NCBI GenBank assembly: GCA_002189035.1
Contig: CM007991.1
Span: forward strand, 4,154,001-4,218,000
Origin: Utricularia gibba
Lineage: Eukaryota > Plantae > Magnoliophyta
DNA length: 64,000 nucleotides
Reading direction: 5' to 3'
Positions 23,301 through 35,971 of this stretch are shown in pieces (the first letter of the stretch is position 1; the number at the start of each line of letters is the position of its first letter). A program made the position numbers and the translations under genes. The notes beneath the pieces are model-generated. The model had not been told where the DNA came from and searched no databases. It saw only the letters and a list, made by a program, of their open reading frames with translations.

Positions 23301-25246
23301 TGCGAGGAAGGGGGTTTCAACATTGAAAGCTTGGAGGTGGCAAATTTGGCTTCATTGGCCAAATGGCGGTGGCGATACAAGGCAAATGAAGGAGGATTAT
23401 TGAGACAAGTCATTTAGTCTATTTATGAAGCAGGAGGTGGCCTTGATACTCCACTAGGCCTTTGACTACGAAACAAAACTTGAGACCACATCATAAGATT
23501 ATAGTCAAGGGTGGCACTCGAATTCACTTTTGGGAATATGGTTGGGGCTCGCTTGGAGGCAACCTGAAGAATTCCTTTTCGAATTTTGATGGTTATGGCA
23601 TTCATGCAGGGTCCTCTCTTTGCTTAGCAGGATATGAGCTCTCCCAACCTAGCATGCTACTATGACCCCAAGCTATCCAACAAAAATCAACAGTTTGGTT
23701 CTGATTTTTTTAACACAAAAAAGGATCACATCGCTGATTGGAGACGGAGCCATACATCATAGGGTGATTGCAAAGACACCATTAAGTTCAACCCACAAGG
23801 ACAAGCTTTCACGATAAAGATTGCCAAGGAATTTCTAAGCCCAAAATCAAATAAAAACTAATGAAACCCATTCACATCCATTTAGAGACTGATATTGCTA
23901 GAGATTAGAATTTTTTTGTGGCAAGCTAACATGAACAAATTGCCTATAGGGGACAATCTGATGGTGAGAGGGGCACATGCAGAGATAGGCACATGTGCTT
24001 GGTGCGGCCAAAGTATGGAAATAATGGATCACCTCATGTTTACATGCACCTTGACAAACTATTTGTGGAGACGTATATTGGACTGGTGGCATCATGATAG
24101 GTCAGCCATATCTATCTTAACATGACACTCGTTCTGTCCTTTCTCAATTCGATCGAAGAAAGACAAACAAGCATGGTTTCTACCATCACTTTTGTGATGT
24201 GGCATATATGACAATGACAAATAAGAAGTGGTTCAATAAAAAAAGTCATGGGAATGGTGGGAATGGTGGAAATGGCTGAAAAGAGCTTATACTTCGTACA
24301 AAGTAAGGTAATATCGTGGGAATTGAGGGACCCAATCCTAGCAATGGAAAGAACTCCACCTTGAAATCTGACAGTTATTGGTTAATAGGGGCTAAAATAT
24401 GGAAAGGTGTTGCCGAATAATGTTGAAAAGAAATGTTGTAGTTTCCTACTAATATTTATAAGATAAGGAGATTTCTATAATAAAAAACTGCAGAAAGAAT
24501 AAATGTATTTGATAGTATTTTACGATCAAATGTTGTTCTAAAACATCTTGATCTTTTAGGAATTTCTATCAAAAATGAGGGTCTAAAGGTGAGCATCAAT
24601 CCAAGATGTATTGCATTCAATCTTGATTAAGGAAGGACATATATAGTGGAATCATAGACCCTAGTCAAAATGCATACATTTGTCTCATACACTATGGTGT
24701 CTGTGAGATTTTGTGAGGAACGATATTTAATGTTTACCAAATTTCCAACTTTGTGTTCTAAGAGTCTTATTTTTTCATAGTATTTTTAGAGTGCTTTGAC
24801 AAAAAATTCTGGTATTCAAAAGCTACAATTCAATAGTTGTGCTTTTGAGGATGAGATTACCTTACTTTAACATCAAGAGTCGAGACAGCTTTAAATGTAT
24901 ATTTCAAATCATGTGCATTTCATCTTACCAGATTTGCTTTCTGTGGTCATTCTATAGGGAGCAAAAGAAATCGCTGAGATGCAGAATAACTCAACTTTCC
25001 ATCTTATTGATTTCAACAACAATTTAATTGATTCCTCTGTAATAAATCATAACTTATATCAATGCCAATATTCAAGTCTTTGAGGTGCTTGTCATGATAA
25101 TTAAAATTTAGGATTCCAGTGGTGATGCATTCCATTGAAGCAATGGAAATTATGGTGATCCACTTGGTGAAGCTGATCTTTGAAATTGTTTAGAGGAAAC
25201 AAGTATGTAGGATAAAATTTTTATGGTAGTCATTGAGTGTAAAATT

Positions 25247-25893
25247 GGTAATATACACTTTTTAAAAATACTAGTTTGTAAAATACCTTATTTTTATGCA
25301 ATTTGTGAAACAGTCCTTGTCGTTTTGTCAAAATTATATCATTCAATATTTAGGTATTATTTGGATAGAGTACATTTTATTTTAAAATTATATTATATTT
25401 GATCTTTAGATATTATTGAGATCAACTATATATATTTTTATTTTAAAATTACATTACACTCTACCTTTAGGTGTTATTTGAATCAAATATATTTTTTATT
25501 TTAAGTTTGTATTATGTAACATTCAATTGTTTTAAATATTTTGGATGATTGTTTATTTATTTTTTATTTCACTGATTATATTATTTGTTTATTTTATATC
25601 ATACATCATTTTATTATTTGGATTGATTGCATATTTTCTATTTATTATCAACTTGTATTATACGCTCTCTTCAATTTTTAATTATTAATATGTTCAAGTG
25701 TGAATTTATTATTTATTTTAAACATATTTTTATATTATTATTTATTATTTATTTTTCATTACACATTGTCACTCCATCCAAATAATACGTAATAAATGAA
25801 TGATTAATTCTGATAAAGTTACATGAGGTACTCTATAAACTACGCCAAAAATAAGGTATTTTATAAACTAATTTTTATAAAATAAGTATCACC
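25247..25893. mobile_element. AT-rich MITE (Mutator-like), copy 1
   Basis: Subterminal inverted repeat gtttgtaaaataccttatttt / aaaataaggtattttataaac (20/21). Shares internal motifs (catcattttattattt, aacttgtatta, ttacacattgtcact) with 44979-45567. Confidence 0.7.
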
Positions 25894-26834
25894 AACGAAG
25901 CTCCACCTCTTTATTGGTTCTGTGTAGGAGGGTTTCATGTTCTGCAGCGTTGGTAGATTTTGTAATTGATAATAATTTATAGCTTTTTTAGCTGATTTCA
26001 TTGTGCATCAATAATACACAGGAACTATTTTTACAAGGAAGCTCGATAGGGGATAGAAGAGTACGTGCATTGATGTCAATGAGATAAGGGTACAGAACAT
26101 TAGCCAGGGTCATTATGCAGAAAATACAGGCCTCTCGTTATATGTTCTACACAAGATGATGGAGCATATCCTATAGCTCAAGCACACAAGTCTGGAGAAG
26201 ACGTTAAATTTGTGTCACTCAGTCTAATGAGCAACTTCATTACCAAATTGGGGCGGGTTTGAAAATTCACATCTCATACTGTTATGTTTCCATCACAGAC
26301 ACAACTGATCATGCATAGGAGATGAGTGAAGAGGAGCTGAACGTTGTGTTCTAGATGAGAATCTATGATCTCTTGGGTAGTCCTCTATCGAGAATGGGGC
26401 TTGGAGCAGGGGAATTGAATTTTTAGATCATTGAAGTGGTAGAGGAGTCTCTTGGTTCTTCGAGCAAAAATACATATGTCGAAGTCTTCACATGTTTTTG
26501 TGGACATTCATACATTAGATATCGATTCCGTCATCTTCGGTCCCCACTCTGCTACATTCCCATGGCTTTCCTCGGTTCCAATCAGGCGAATGATCCTTTG
26601 TTCTGCAAGCTTGTGGAAACACTTGTCCACCATCTTGTTGCGTTTCAGGGAAATTTGCTACAATGATGCGGCAGGCTGGAGAATTAGTGACTTGGTTGAG
26701 CGAGAGAGAGGTTGGATCAAGGCATCATGCTCAGATAGTATTTTCACACACCGATTTTTGATCGAATGGCAACTACTTTGAGATGCTGTGTTTCTACTCG
26801 GGAACAGAGATATGTACCTCAACAATATGGTGTT

Positions 26835-28428
26835 TTAAGAAGCTATCTGCTCACTCCCAGTAACCCTTGTGGTTGCAGCAGGACCACTTCCATATTTGGA
26901 GAGAACGCCGGTAAGGATTGCCTTGTCTCGTGTCTTCAGCCTACAGCAACCACAACAGGGTTGAGGACAATCAAACGAGAAACAACATCTTGTAGACCTC
27001 GAGGTTTACCTGTTGGCTGCCCCAAGGATGCCGCTGTTCCTCGTAGGCGTCTTGTCTTTCCTTCTTTTGGTTTTTGCTTTTTTCCCATCTCCCCGGCTAA
27101 TTTCTTGTTTCAAGGATCCTGTGCCGGATTCGTCTTCTATGTTCGGTTCGGAGCTGTCGTTGATATCTTCTTCATCAAGAGCCTGCAGATCCGCATCATC
27201 GGAGTGGCTGTTCTCATCCCATGACCCTTGCAATGAGCCACCAGCTTCAGTAACAGGATGATCGGAGGCTGCGTCTCTGAGTGACATGGGGCTCATTACT
27301 TCACACTTGATCTGCTTCTCAACCTTGCCAAAGACGACACCTTTACCTGAAAAATTCTGCACAAAACTAGAGATGCCAAGCGTCTGAGTCATTTTACACG
27401 ACAAATGAGGATTGGGAGCAGCAGCATTCAGATACATTCGCGTACCTCTCTGCCTGGTCTTCATACTTGAAAGTGATGAAGGCAAGTCCCTTGCAGATGG
27501 GGTCCCTGGTCTTTTTGTTACCGGAGACGACGGGGAGAATCTTGAGGATTCCGGGAACACCGCTGAAGGCATCCTGCAAATCCCTGTGAATGTTCTTCTT
27601 CTTGGGAAGATTGAGCAGACGCACCTGATAACCATCCTCCACATCTGTAGAGCCTGTCAGAATTACAGTGCACCTTCTCACGTTTAACTCAATTTGTAAT
27701 AAAACATCAAAGCAAGCACCATTTAGACGGACGAAACCAGGTTTTGCAACGAAGGGGGAATAAAGCACACGCCATGAATGTAAAAGTATCTCCAAGATTG
27801 GAAACGATGAGACTGGTTCTTTGCACATACAGAAGCAGATTATCAACGACAGAGAGGCAACACAAAAGGCTGCAGCAGCAGCTAGCAGCAGATAAAAAAA
27901 AGAACGAGGTAATCGATCAAACTCGAGAAATGGCCAACCTTGGTTCTTGGAAGCGGGCTTCATGCCTTTGTTCTTCAGTCTATTGAGGTTCAAAAGCTGT
28001 GCTTTTCTGCTTTGCTCTATTTCCTCCATCAACTTGTCCTCAATTGAGGTATCGTAGACTTTACCCTCACCAAATCCACGCGGCTTATTCGCCTCCCATT
28101 TCTTCATATTCTCCAGTGGAATAAAATCCTCCTGCTCCTCCTCCTCTTCTTCTTCTTCAATGTCATCATCCTCAAAACCCAGCCATTCGTCAGAATCTTG
28201 GTCAATTTCATCGAGAGCGCCCTGCTGTGACCCTCGGAAACCGCCCTTTTTCTTAGCGTTCAAGACGCTGCAGTGCAACCCAGTTCGCGATTCACTGAAT
28301 TTGGAACAGCAAAAAAGTGGGAAGGCCGGGTCAGAGGAGAACTGAAAATGCCGCCGAGTGGGGGGTTCGTCTATTTGCCGAAGAACATTGCTCTGCGCTT
28401 GCCATTGAAACCTTCCAAGACTCAACAT
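26835..28428 (-). CDS. RBD1: Chloroplast RRM RNA-binding protein, RBD1-like (~386 aa)
   Basis: Exons 28428-27939, 27653-27446, 27366-27010, 26940-26835, all in phase. Transit-peptide-like N-terminus, acidic tract, KPRGFGEGKVYDTSIEDKL, RRM (VRLLNLPKKKNIHRDL...ICKGLAFITF) and C-terminal RDKAILTGVLSKYG. Confidence 0.85.
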
Positions 28429-28549
28429 TTTTCACTCAAGACTAGAAACAGGAATCAATCCGGTATTCCCCTATCCAGAGCTCATTAAAGCCCACCCCTA
28501 AACCCATAAATTTGTGAGCACTCACCGGACTTCATTTATCAAGTATGAA

Positions 28550-31500
28550 TGTTTTAGAAAATCTTTGAAGCAGCTCACCTGTTTTCACATTTCTAAATTA
28601 TAAAATGATGTGATTTAGTTTTAATAATTTAATATATATAATATTTTTATATAAATATGTATAATTACAATTTTATAGAATTAAAATAGTCAAAATACAA
28701 AAAAAATAAGTATTCTTTGTGAGCATTTTTCATGATACAATTTTTAAGTAATTTTATTATGAATTTGTCGTCTAAGTTTTTAAAAATTAAAAGGTATTAA
28801 TAGCAGAAATTGTTTGTTAAAATTCATTTTCAAAAGAAAATATAATATATCTAATTTAAACATTTTAATAAAATAATATTGAAATGAAAAACAAAATGGA
28901 AATTTCATATTCACATAACCAAAAATCTATCTAAAATGATTCCTTTCTATCTATAAGTTCAATTCAAATTGTATCATAAGTGTTGTGGTCGAAAATCGGT
29001 GTCCAAGAGGAGACCGATTTTTGGATTATGGGTGCAATTGGAGGCATCGTGCCCGGTTGTGATTTTGATGTTTTATTTGGTTCGGTTAATAGAAAAGAAG
29101 ATAGACATAGATTTTTTAAGTGGAAACCATCGGAGAACGGAAAAAACAACGAAATTGTCGGAGTTTGCCGAAAAAAATATCTTTACTAGATGAAGGGGGA
29201 GAGAAAAATACTAGTTGAAGGGCTTGGAGTCAAACAATTTTCTCGTCATAATTTCTTCTATTTATAGAAGAGGTCGATCTGATCGAATCCTGACTTTTTT
29301 AGCGGTCGGCTGCTTTTTGAGCCTGCAATATGTATTATGGTCCTACTCTTCAGATAAACGTCGCTTGCTCTGCTGTAATTCGGCCACTTTTTAGACTATG
29401 CATAACAACTACTGTTGTCAAATCTCTAACACATATCGGTCTATTGACTGGTGCCAGGCTGTCAAAACACCTTTAGGCTCTTTTTCAGTAGCTGATTAAC
29501 CACGTCCAATTTGCTCCTCATCAATAAGAATTAAAAAAATTCATTTAAATAATTGTTATTATTCAATATTAATTCAATTAATAAAAAATGATGAAAAATA
29601 TTATCTAACTAAAGTTTAGTTTGTTTTCATTTAAAATGAGTACATAAAAATTTCAAAATTAAATTAAATTAAATTTTTTATTTTAAAATTTATATTTACT
29701 AATTTTAAATTATAAAAAATAAAATTAAATCTAAAGATATCGAATTAAATAATAAAGAATAAAGAATAATCTTTATTTAATTAAATCTAAAGGTTTGCTT
29801 AAAGTTAAACAATAATATTTATTCAATAATAAAAGGTAAAAAATAATACTTGTTTAGTTAAATCTAACGGTTTACTCAAACAATCAAATTAAACAAATTT
29901 TATTTATTTTATTTTAAATAACTATATTGCTTAATTTATTCGATAATATTATATATAAAAACTATGATAAATATTCAATGTTAAGATAACTCTTTTAAAT
30001 TAAATTTACTATTGGACGTTGTTTTAATTAAATGTTGAGATAACTCTTGTGTATGCGAAATAGAATATCTTGTGGGAATTCGTTCTTCATAATTATTAGG
30101 TTATCCTTTAAAGTAATTTTAATTTTTTCCATAAAAATTTGATTGTTTATAAATATTTGGCTTTCCTTCTTTAAGATTTGATGACATCAATATCATGTGA
30201 TAGCACTGGGGTGAATAATACTATTCTAAACGATGATGAACATATTCTTGTTCCACAATAATATCTATAATTGTTTTACGTGGTTTTTATTCTCTAACAG
30301 TATGATGTATTTAGACAATTTTGAAAATAAATAGCACTTTGATAACGTGATGCCTTCTCATGACCAATCCTTATATTTTCATATTCAGGATCAACATGAA
30401 GTGTAAAACTAATATATGACCAATATGACTTATCTTGATAACGACCTCGAATACATTAGTTTTTTTCCATCAAATAAGTATAATAAAATTGATTTGCTCT
30501 TGTTATTAGATTTATGTTAAATTTATGACAAATCTAAAATAAGATATTGTGTTAGATATAAAAAATAAAATACATATTATTATAAAACATACCCTTTGTG
30601 AATGAAAACATGAAACTGATTTTATATATCCAAATCCACAATCACATGTTCAATTTTGTATATTTATTCTAAATGTAATAGAATTATAAGTTCTCATCTC
30701 ATTAATATTGCATTTTACGTTCCAATCGATGTATCATTTGCAAAGAAGGTTTGTACTTGTTCCTTATGATATTTGCAAACTTATTCAACTTTTTCTATAA
30801 AATACTTTTATTGCGCTAAATAATTAACAATTGTCTCTTTACATTTCTCAAATTAATAAATTTATTTCTCAAATATGATCGACATAATCATTTGATTATT
30901 TATATTTACTCTAATAATGATGATTAAGAGTCAAAAAAAAAGAAACTTTTGCAATAACAGTAGAAGGAATACCAAGTTTTTTTTTAACATACCATTTAAT
31001 GACTCCACATGATTTCTCATCATGATTATGTATTTGATCAAATATTAATATACTAGGAAATTAATTTAGAATTTAAAAATATATTATGAAATTGCATACA
31101 TATCTCCATTCAAGGATACATCCATCATATATTTATATACTCTAGGACATGAATAAAAAACCGTTTGTATTCTTTTCAAGTATTTATTTTTGTTCATACA
31201 ACAACAATATATCATATGAGATCTTTAATTGGTGATATTTAAATTTTTTTTTTTTATATTTCAAACTGTTACTCATTAGATGATATAAATATCATTTATG
31301 ATACCAAGAGAAATATTAAACTTTGAAATTTTTTTAATACACATTTTACATTCATGAACAATATGAATATCAAGATTCTCTATGAATCATTTTTAAGATT
31401 AATTTGATTTAAAAATTATAAATGAATATTCTATAAACAATATATGCTTATTTACATTAATAATATTATAGCCAACAATATATACTTATTACTATCGAAG

Positions 31501-34500
31501 ATATGTGTTGCATCAACACAAATAATTGGTTTACAATATTTAAAATCTTTTATGGCTAATCCAAAAGCCTAAAAAACATATTTTAGGTATTGTCTTCTTT
31601 TAACATCTATATTATTCTCAAATTTCACAATAGTATTTGAATTCTATCATTTCACCTCTTCAAGATAATTTTATCATTTCAAAATAGTATATGAGTCATC
31701 CATGAACTATATTGTAACTTATATGTTTTACTCAAAGTCATCCATGCTCGTCAATAAAAAATTATAAATTTATATTCTCTTTACATGTAAGTTTAATTAT
31801 TCTAACAACTATTATCTTAGTATTTATATTCAATATAAAATGAATAGATTGATGAGCAATCAAACTGAATATCAAGCTAACATGTTTATTAGTCAAAGAA
31901 TTTCTTAACTCATATGTATATAAGTCATTATATAAAGAAACATTTCATGTAACTTTTCATTTTTATGACCTTGCATTCAAAAAACTAAGAACAATGTGAT
32001 TACAAACATTTAACAATGTCTTCTTCTTAATATCTATTTTTTTTATGTTGATATTTATAATTTTATAGAAATTTTTAAAATTTGCTTGTTTTTAAAATGC
32101 ATATCAATTGATAGTTCTTTCGAATCTTTATTATATTTACTCATTGAATAGTTGATTTGCATAGATGCATCATGCAAAATTTTGGATGGTGGGGATAATT
32201 CATTTTTCAATGATTTATATTCAGGAATATCCTCTTCATATTAGAATTACTATCTACATATATTTCATCTAAGTCATCGTTATCAATTGATATATATGTC
32301 GAGTCATTTTCATCAATGTTAACCTCATCACAATGTTCGAAAGTTTAGGATATATAAACATGATATATTTATTAAATACTGAAAAAAAGTATGTTAACAT
32401 TATAACATTATAAATCTAACGATTTTCTTGTGTTGGTTGTTGATAAGACGTGGAAAAAACAAAATTAGGATAAAAGAGATCAAAGTTGGAATGATAGTTA
32501 ATATCTCTATTTGTATTTTGATTCTTGCAGTATAGAATATTATATGTCAAATTGTAAATTTTCACAAATTTTATATGAAAAATAAATTTCAAATAACAAA
32601 ATAATTATCATGCCAATTAAAATAAGAAGTAAAACTCAAACTTTCCGTATTAACATGAAGTTTAATATTCAAATATATGTTATGTGACATTAATATCCAG
32701 CGTAACAAATCTCTATTTGAAAATAGAACATAACTAATACCACTTGTATGTTTATTTTAAAATTTGGCAGTCATTTGAATTGAATACAAATTTGGATTTA
32801 TAATCAATTTCGTACAGATATTCTAGAATAGTTCTACAAAAACGCATATAATTGAACAATAATAGTGTTTATAAGACATGAAAATCATGTATGTACATGA
32901 TTGAACTTGTGAGTGCAAAGTTTGGCAAATAAATAAACATTCATGTTCTCATGCCCAAATGACAAGTATTAGATTTTAATTTACTTCATTTTCCCTTAAC
33001 TAAATCTAAAGTGAACATCTTGTAGGCATATCATCATTTCAATGTAAATCCCCTACATTAGATGAGTTTGTATTATAGAACTATGTTTTTGGTCAATATG
33101 TATGCAAAGAGAATTAATCCTTTATAGGAGGAGTATCTTTGGGTAGATATCCCATTCCAACTCATCGTAAATCCATTGAAAAAAAAAAATGGTGACAAAA
33201 TCATAAGGTAAAAGTATATCATTGATTTTCAGCAATCTGGAAAATATAAATCATCACTTAATACAAAAAAGTCGTATAACCTTTGGTGGATAAATGATGA
33301 GATAACATTCTTTCTATATTACTTCAGACCTTTTTTTCAAATCAATTACATAAGTACTCCTCATTCTAAGAGGGCACTACATATTAGTAAGTATGGTTAC
33401 TTCCAATACATGACATTCAATATAGTTTATACGATTTCTGTTATTGACCTTACCATCAATGTCAAAGTCAAAACAGAATTCTACTTTAAACAAGTCTAAA
33501 AAGATTGTAGGTAAGTGGAAAAAATGATATTATAATTTGTATTATATTTATGATTTTATTGATAAAATTTTTTGTAATTATAATTATTAGGTTTGTTCTA
33601 CATTTTCAATCAAATAACGAAATTACATATTAATCTATTGAAAAATGAATAAGACTTTGAAGTTTTTAAAAATTTACAAATTAATTTATCTTTTAATATT
33701 TTTTTATATTCCAAATCAATTATTTTTAATATTTTAGGTAATAATAAATTATATATTTTCTGATAGTATAATTATATTAAAAAATCATTTAACATACTAT
33801 CAAAAATCATTATAACTAATCAAAGTTATCAAAAGCATTTTTATAATATTTTTAAAACATATTAATCAAAATATTTTTAAAATAATTTTTAAAAACATTT
33901 TTTATGTTTACAAAAATAATTATACAATAAATTAAACAGTTTAGAATATTGATAGTTTTTATAAAAATATAAGAAATTAAACTTTAATGATTAAAAAAAT
34001 GTTAAAATAAAAATGTTTTCAAACAATATCAATAACGTCCATTTTACAATTTATATTTTTAAAAATATGCAATTAAAAATACTTACAAAACAAATTATCT
34101 AACTAATTGTTAGCAAATTCATTTTCAATATACCTATAATCCATTTTTTAAATGCTACATTTTATATCACTATTGTTTTAATATGGTACCATTATATTAT
34201 TTATGGTAAATATTTTTATATAAATTGCATCTTTAAATAACGATGGTATAAATTACACTTAAGCATGGATCGCAACTCACCGAATAACAAGTCTGACTCG
34301 TTGAGTCATGACCCTATTATAGGTTCACAAGTTGACGGGTTGATGGGTTTTGACCCCCAACTCGTATTGTACCCAAGTTGATTCGTCGAATTGACCTAAG
34401 TATGGACTCGTCAAAGTGTATTTTATCTTATTTTTTATATAATTATTTTATTTTTTAGTTACTTTTTTTGTTATAAAGTAATTTTTTTATTTATATATGA

Positions 34501-35700
34501 TATATTTAATTATTAAATATACGATTTCAAAATATGTACTAAAGTTTTTCTTCGTACTTTATGATATTTGGACTGATAGATATATAATATAGGTAAAATT
34601 AATTAATATCAAATTATAAATATTAAATAAAAAAAATATAAAAATTAAATTAAGAAATTAATAATTTGAACTACAAATCATTAATTTTTCCATGAGTTAC
34701 CCGAGTAATCTGTCGATTCGAAAATCATCGACTCGATTCGTACTTGTTTTTCATAAATACGAGTAACTCGTATCTAATCCATACGAGTCGACTCGCGGCT
34801 AACTTGAGTTGACTTGTACCTATGCCTAGGTTCAGTATCAATTATACTACATTAAAAAAAATCACATTTAACAAATTTGACGGTGATTGTATTAACTACA
34901 TATACGCAAAACAATAATAATAATTCTTATAATTTTTCTTAAAAATACATATATTTTAAAATATTTTTAATTTGCAAACTAAATGTATTTTACAAAGAAT
35001 TTGCATAAGGTTTCTCCAAGTACATGGAGAAATGCTTGGAGAAATCCACAGAAGCTCATGTGACCAACTACACGATTTATCACTAAATTAAATAAGAATC
35101 AATAAAAAAAACAACTTTGATGGAAAACATAGATCCAATTCTAGAAACTCAACTACAAATTCAAAAATTACAATTTCTTTTTTCAAATTTGAAATGCTAA
35201 AAAAATGAGTTAAATCACATAAGGAAAAAAAAAAAGAGAGAAAATTAGGATATCAAAATATTCACAAAAAGGAAAATTAAAGAATACAAGAAAATGTGTT
35301 TATTGATTGATTCTACATCATCAGAGGTTGGTGAACTTTCATGGTTGCAAGTCAAGCACAAAGTGATAAGATTTGAAGCCAAATTATTGAGGAATAAAAT
35401 GATTTTTGATGCATAACAACTTTCAAATCATTTATTACTTTCAAAAGAAAAGAAATATTTCTTTTGAACAATTGTGAATAATAACATGATGATGTTGTTT
35501 GGCAAGAGGGCATCCTTCTTCAATTAAGTAAATAATGTTGGGAATCGACAAGGATGTGTAAAAAAGGTATTTTAAGAATATTTTCTTTTATTTTTTTTCT
35601 AGTAATAAAAGAAAATTCATTTTTCTTCCAAATTTATTTTTATCCAGTATCACATGATTGTGATGATTTGTTCCTTACTCAGATAAATTAATCCACCAAT
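28550..35700. mobile_element. AT-rich tract of degenerate transposon debris (family not assignable)
   Basis: About 7 kb without ORFs of 60 aa or more after 29200. Very AT-rich, with patches of decayed coding-like sequence on the minus strand (~32100-32350, ~33000-33480). No confident TIR or TSD found. Confidence 0.35.
34260..34828. mobile_element. hAT-like MITE
   Basis: Imperfect termini TAAGCATGG...CTATGCCTA. GC-richer ends carry many GACTCG/CGAGT subterminal repeats around an AT-rich core. No 8-bp TSD recognisable. Confidence 0.5.
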
Positions 35701-35971
35701 AACACATAAACATCATTTTCTTTTCTCATCAAAAGCCTCTATATCAAGAGTTAGTAACTTAGGTGACTTTTTTAGTGAAGATTTTAGATGGCCAAAAACC
35801 AGTGTTTTGGAGCCTGAACAGTTTAGGAGGGAGCCCTCTTCCAAAAGCAGTGATTGAAAGAAGCAGAAGAGCATTTGGGGCCAATGTGATGAATATAAAG
35901 AAGCATGGATGAGTATGTCTATAGAAACAGCAAAAAGCTTATAGGAATGCAGAGGAGAGGGAGAACCCGGT

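Larger units (their letters stand above)
14987..24483 (+). mobile_element. Decayed near-full-length L1-type LINE, interrupted by two nested LTR elements
   Basis: 5' (GA)n start; ORF1 RRM relic (FSDNWWVAELRHLFSECG, ~18070-18200) and DUF4283-like relic (18500-18990). ORF2 relics: endonuclease (~21500), RT (~22310 RPMSLV, ~22510 KINFQKSYD, ~22800 QYVDDTL) and zf-RVT (23895-24100). 3' AATAAAAAA at ~24478-24487. A degenerate ~20-bp direct repeat at 14967-14986 and 24484-24503 (17/20) is the likely TSD. Many stops and frameshifts. Confidence 0.88.

Noticed and set aside
26436-26781. ORFs downstream of the RBD1-like stop
   Set aside because: No recognisable domain or consistent splice structure; probably 3' UTR or intergenic.
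28980-29290. Short ORFs and a minus-strand TATA (CTATAAATAG ~29264-29273) as a separate gene
   Set aside because: No homology cues; located at the edge of TE debris and cannot be supported as a gene or as the RBD1 promoter.
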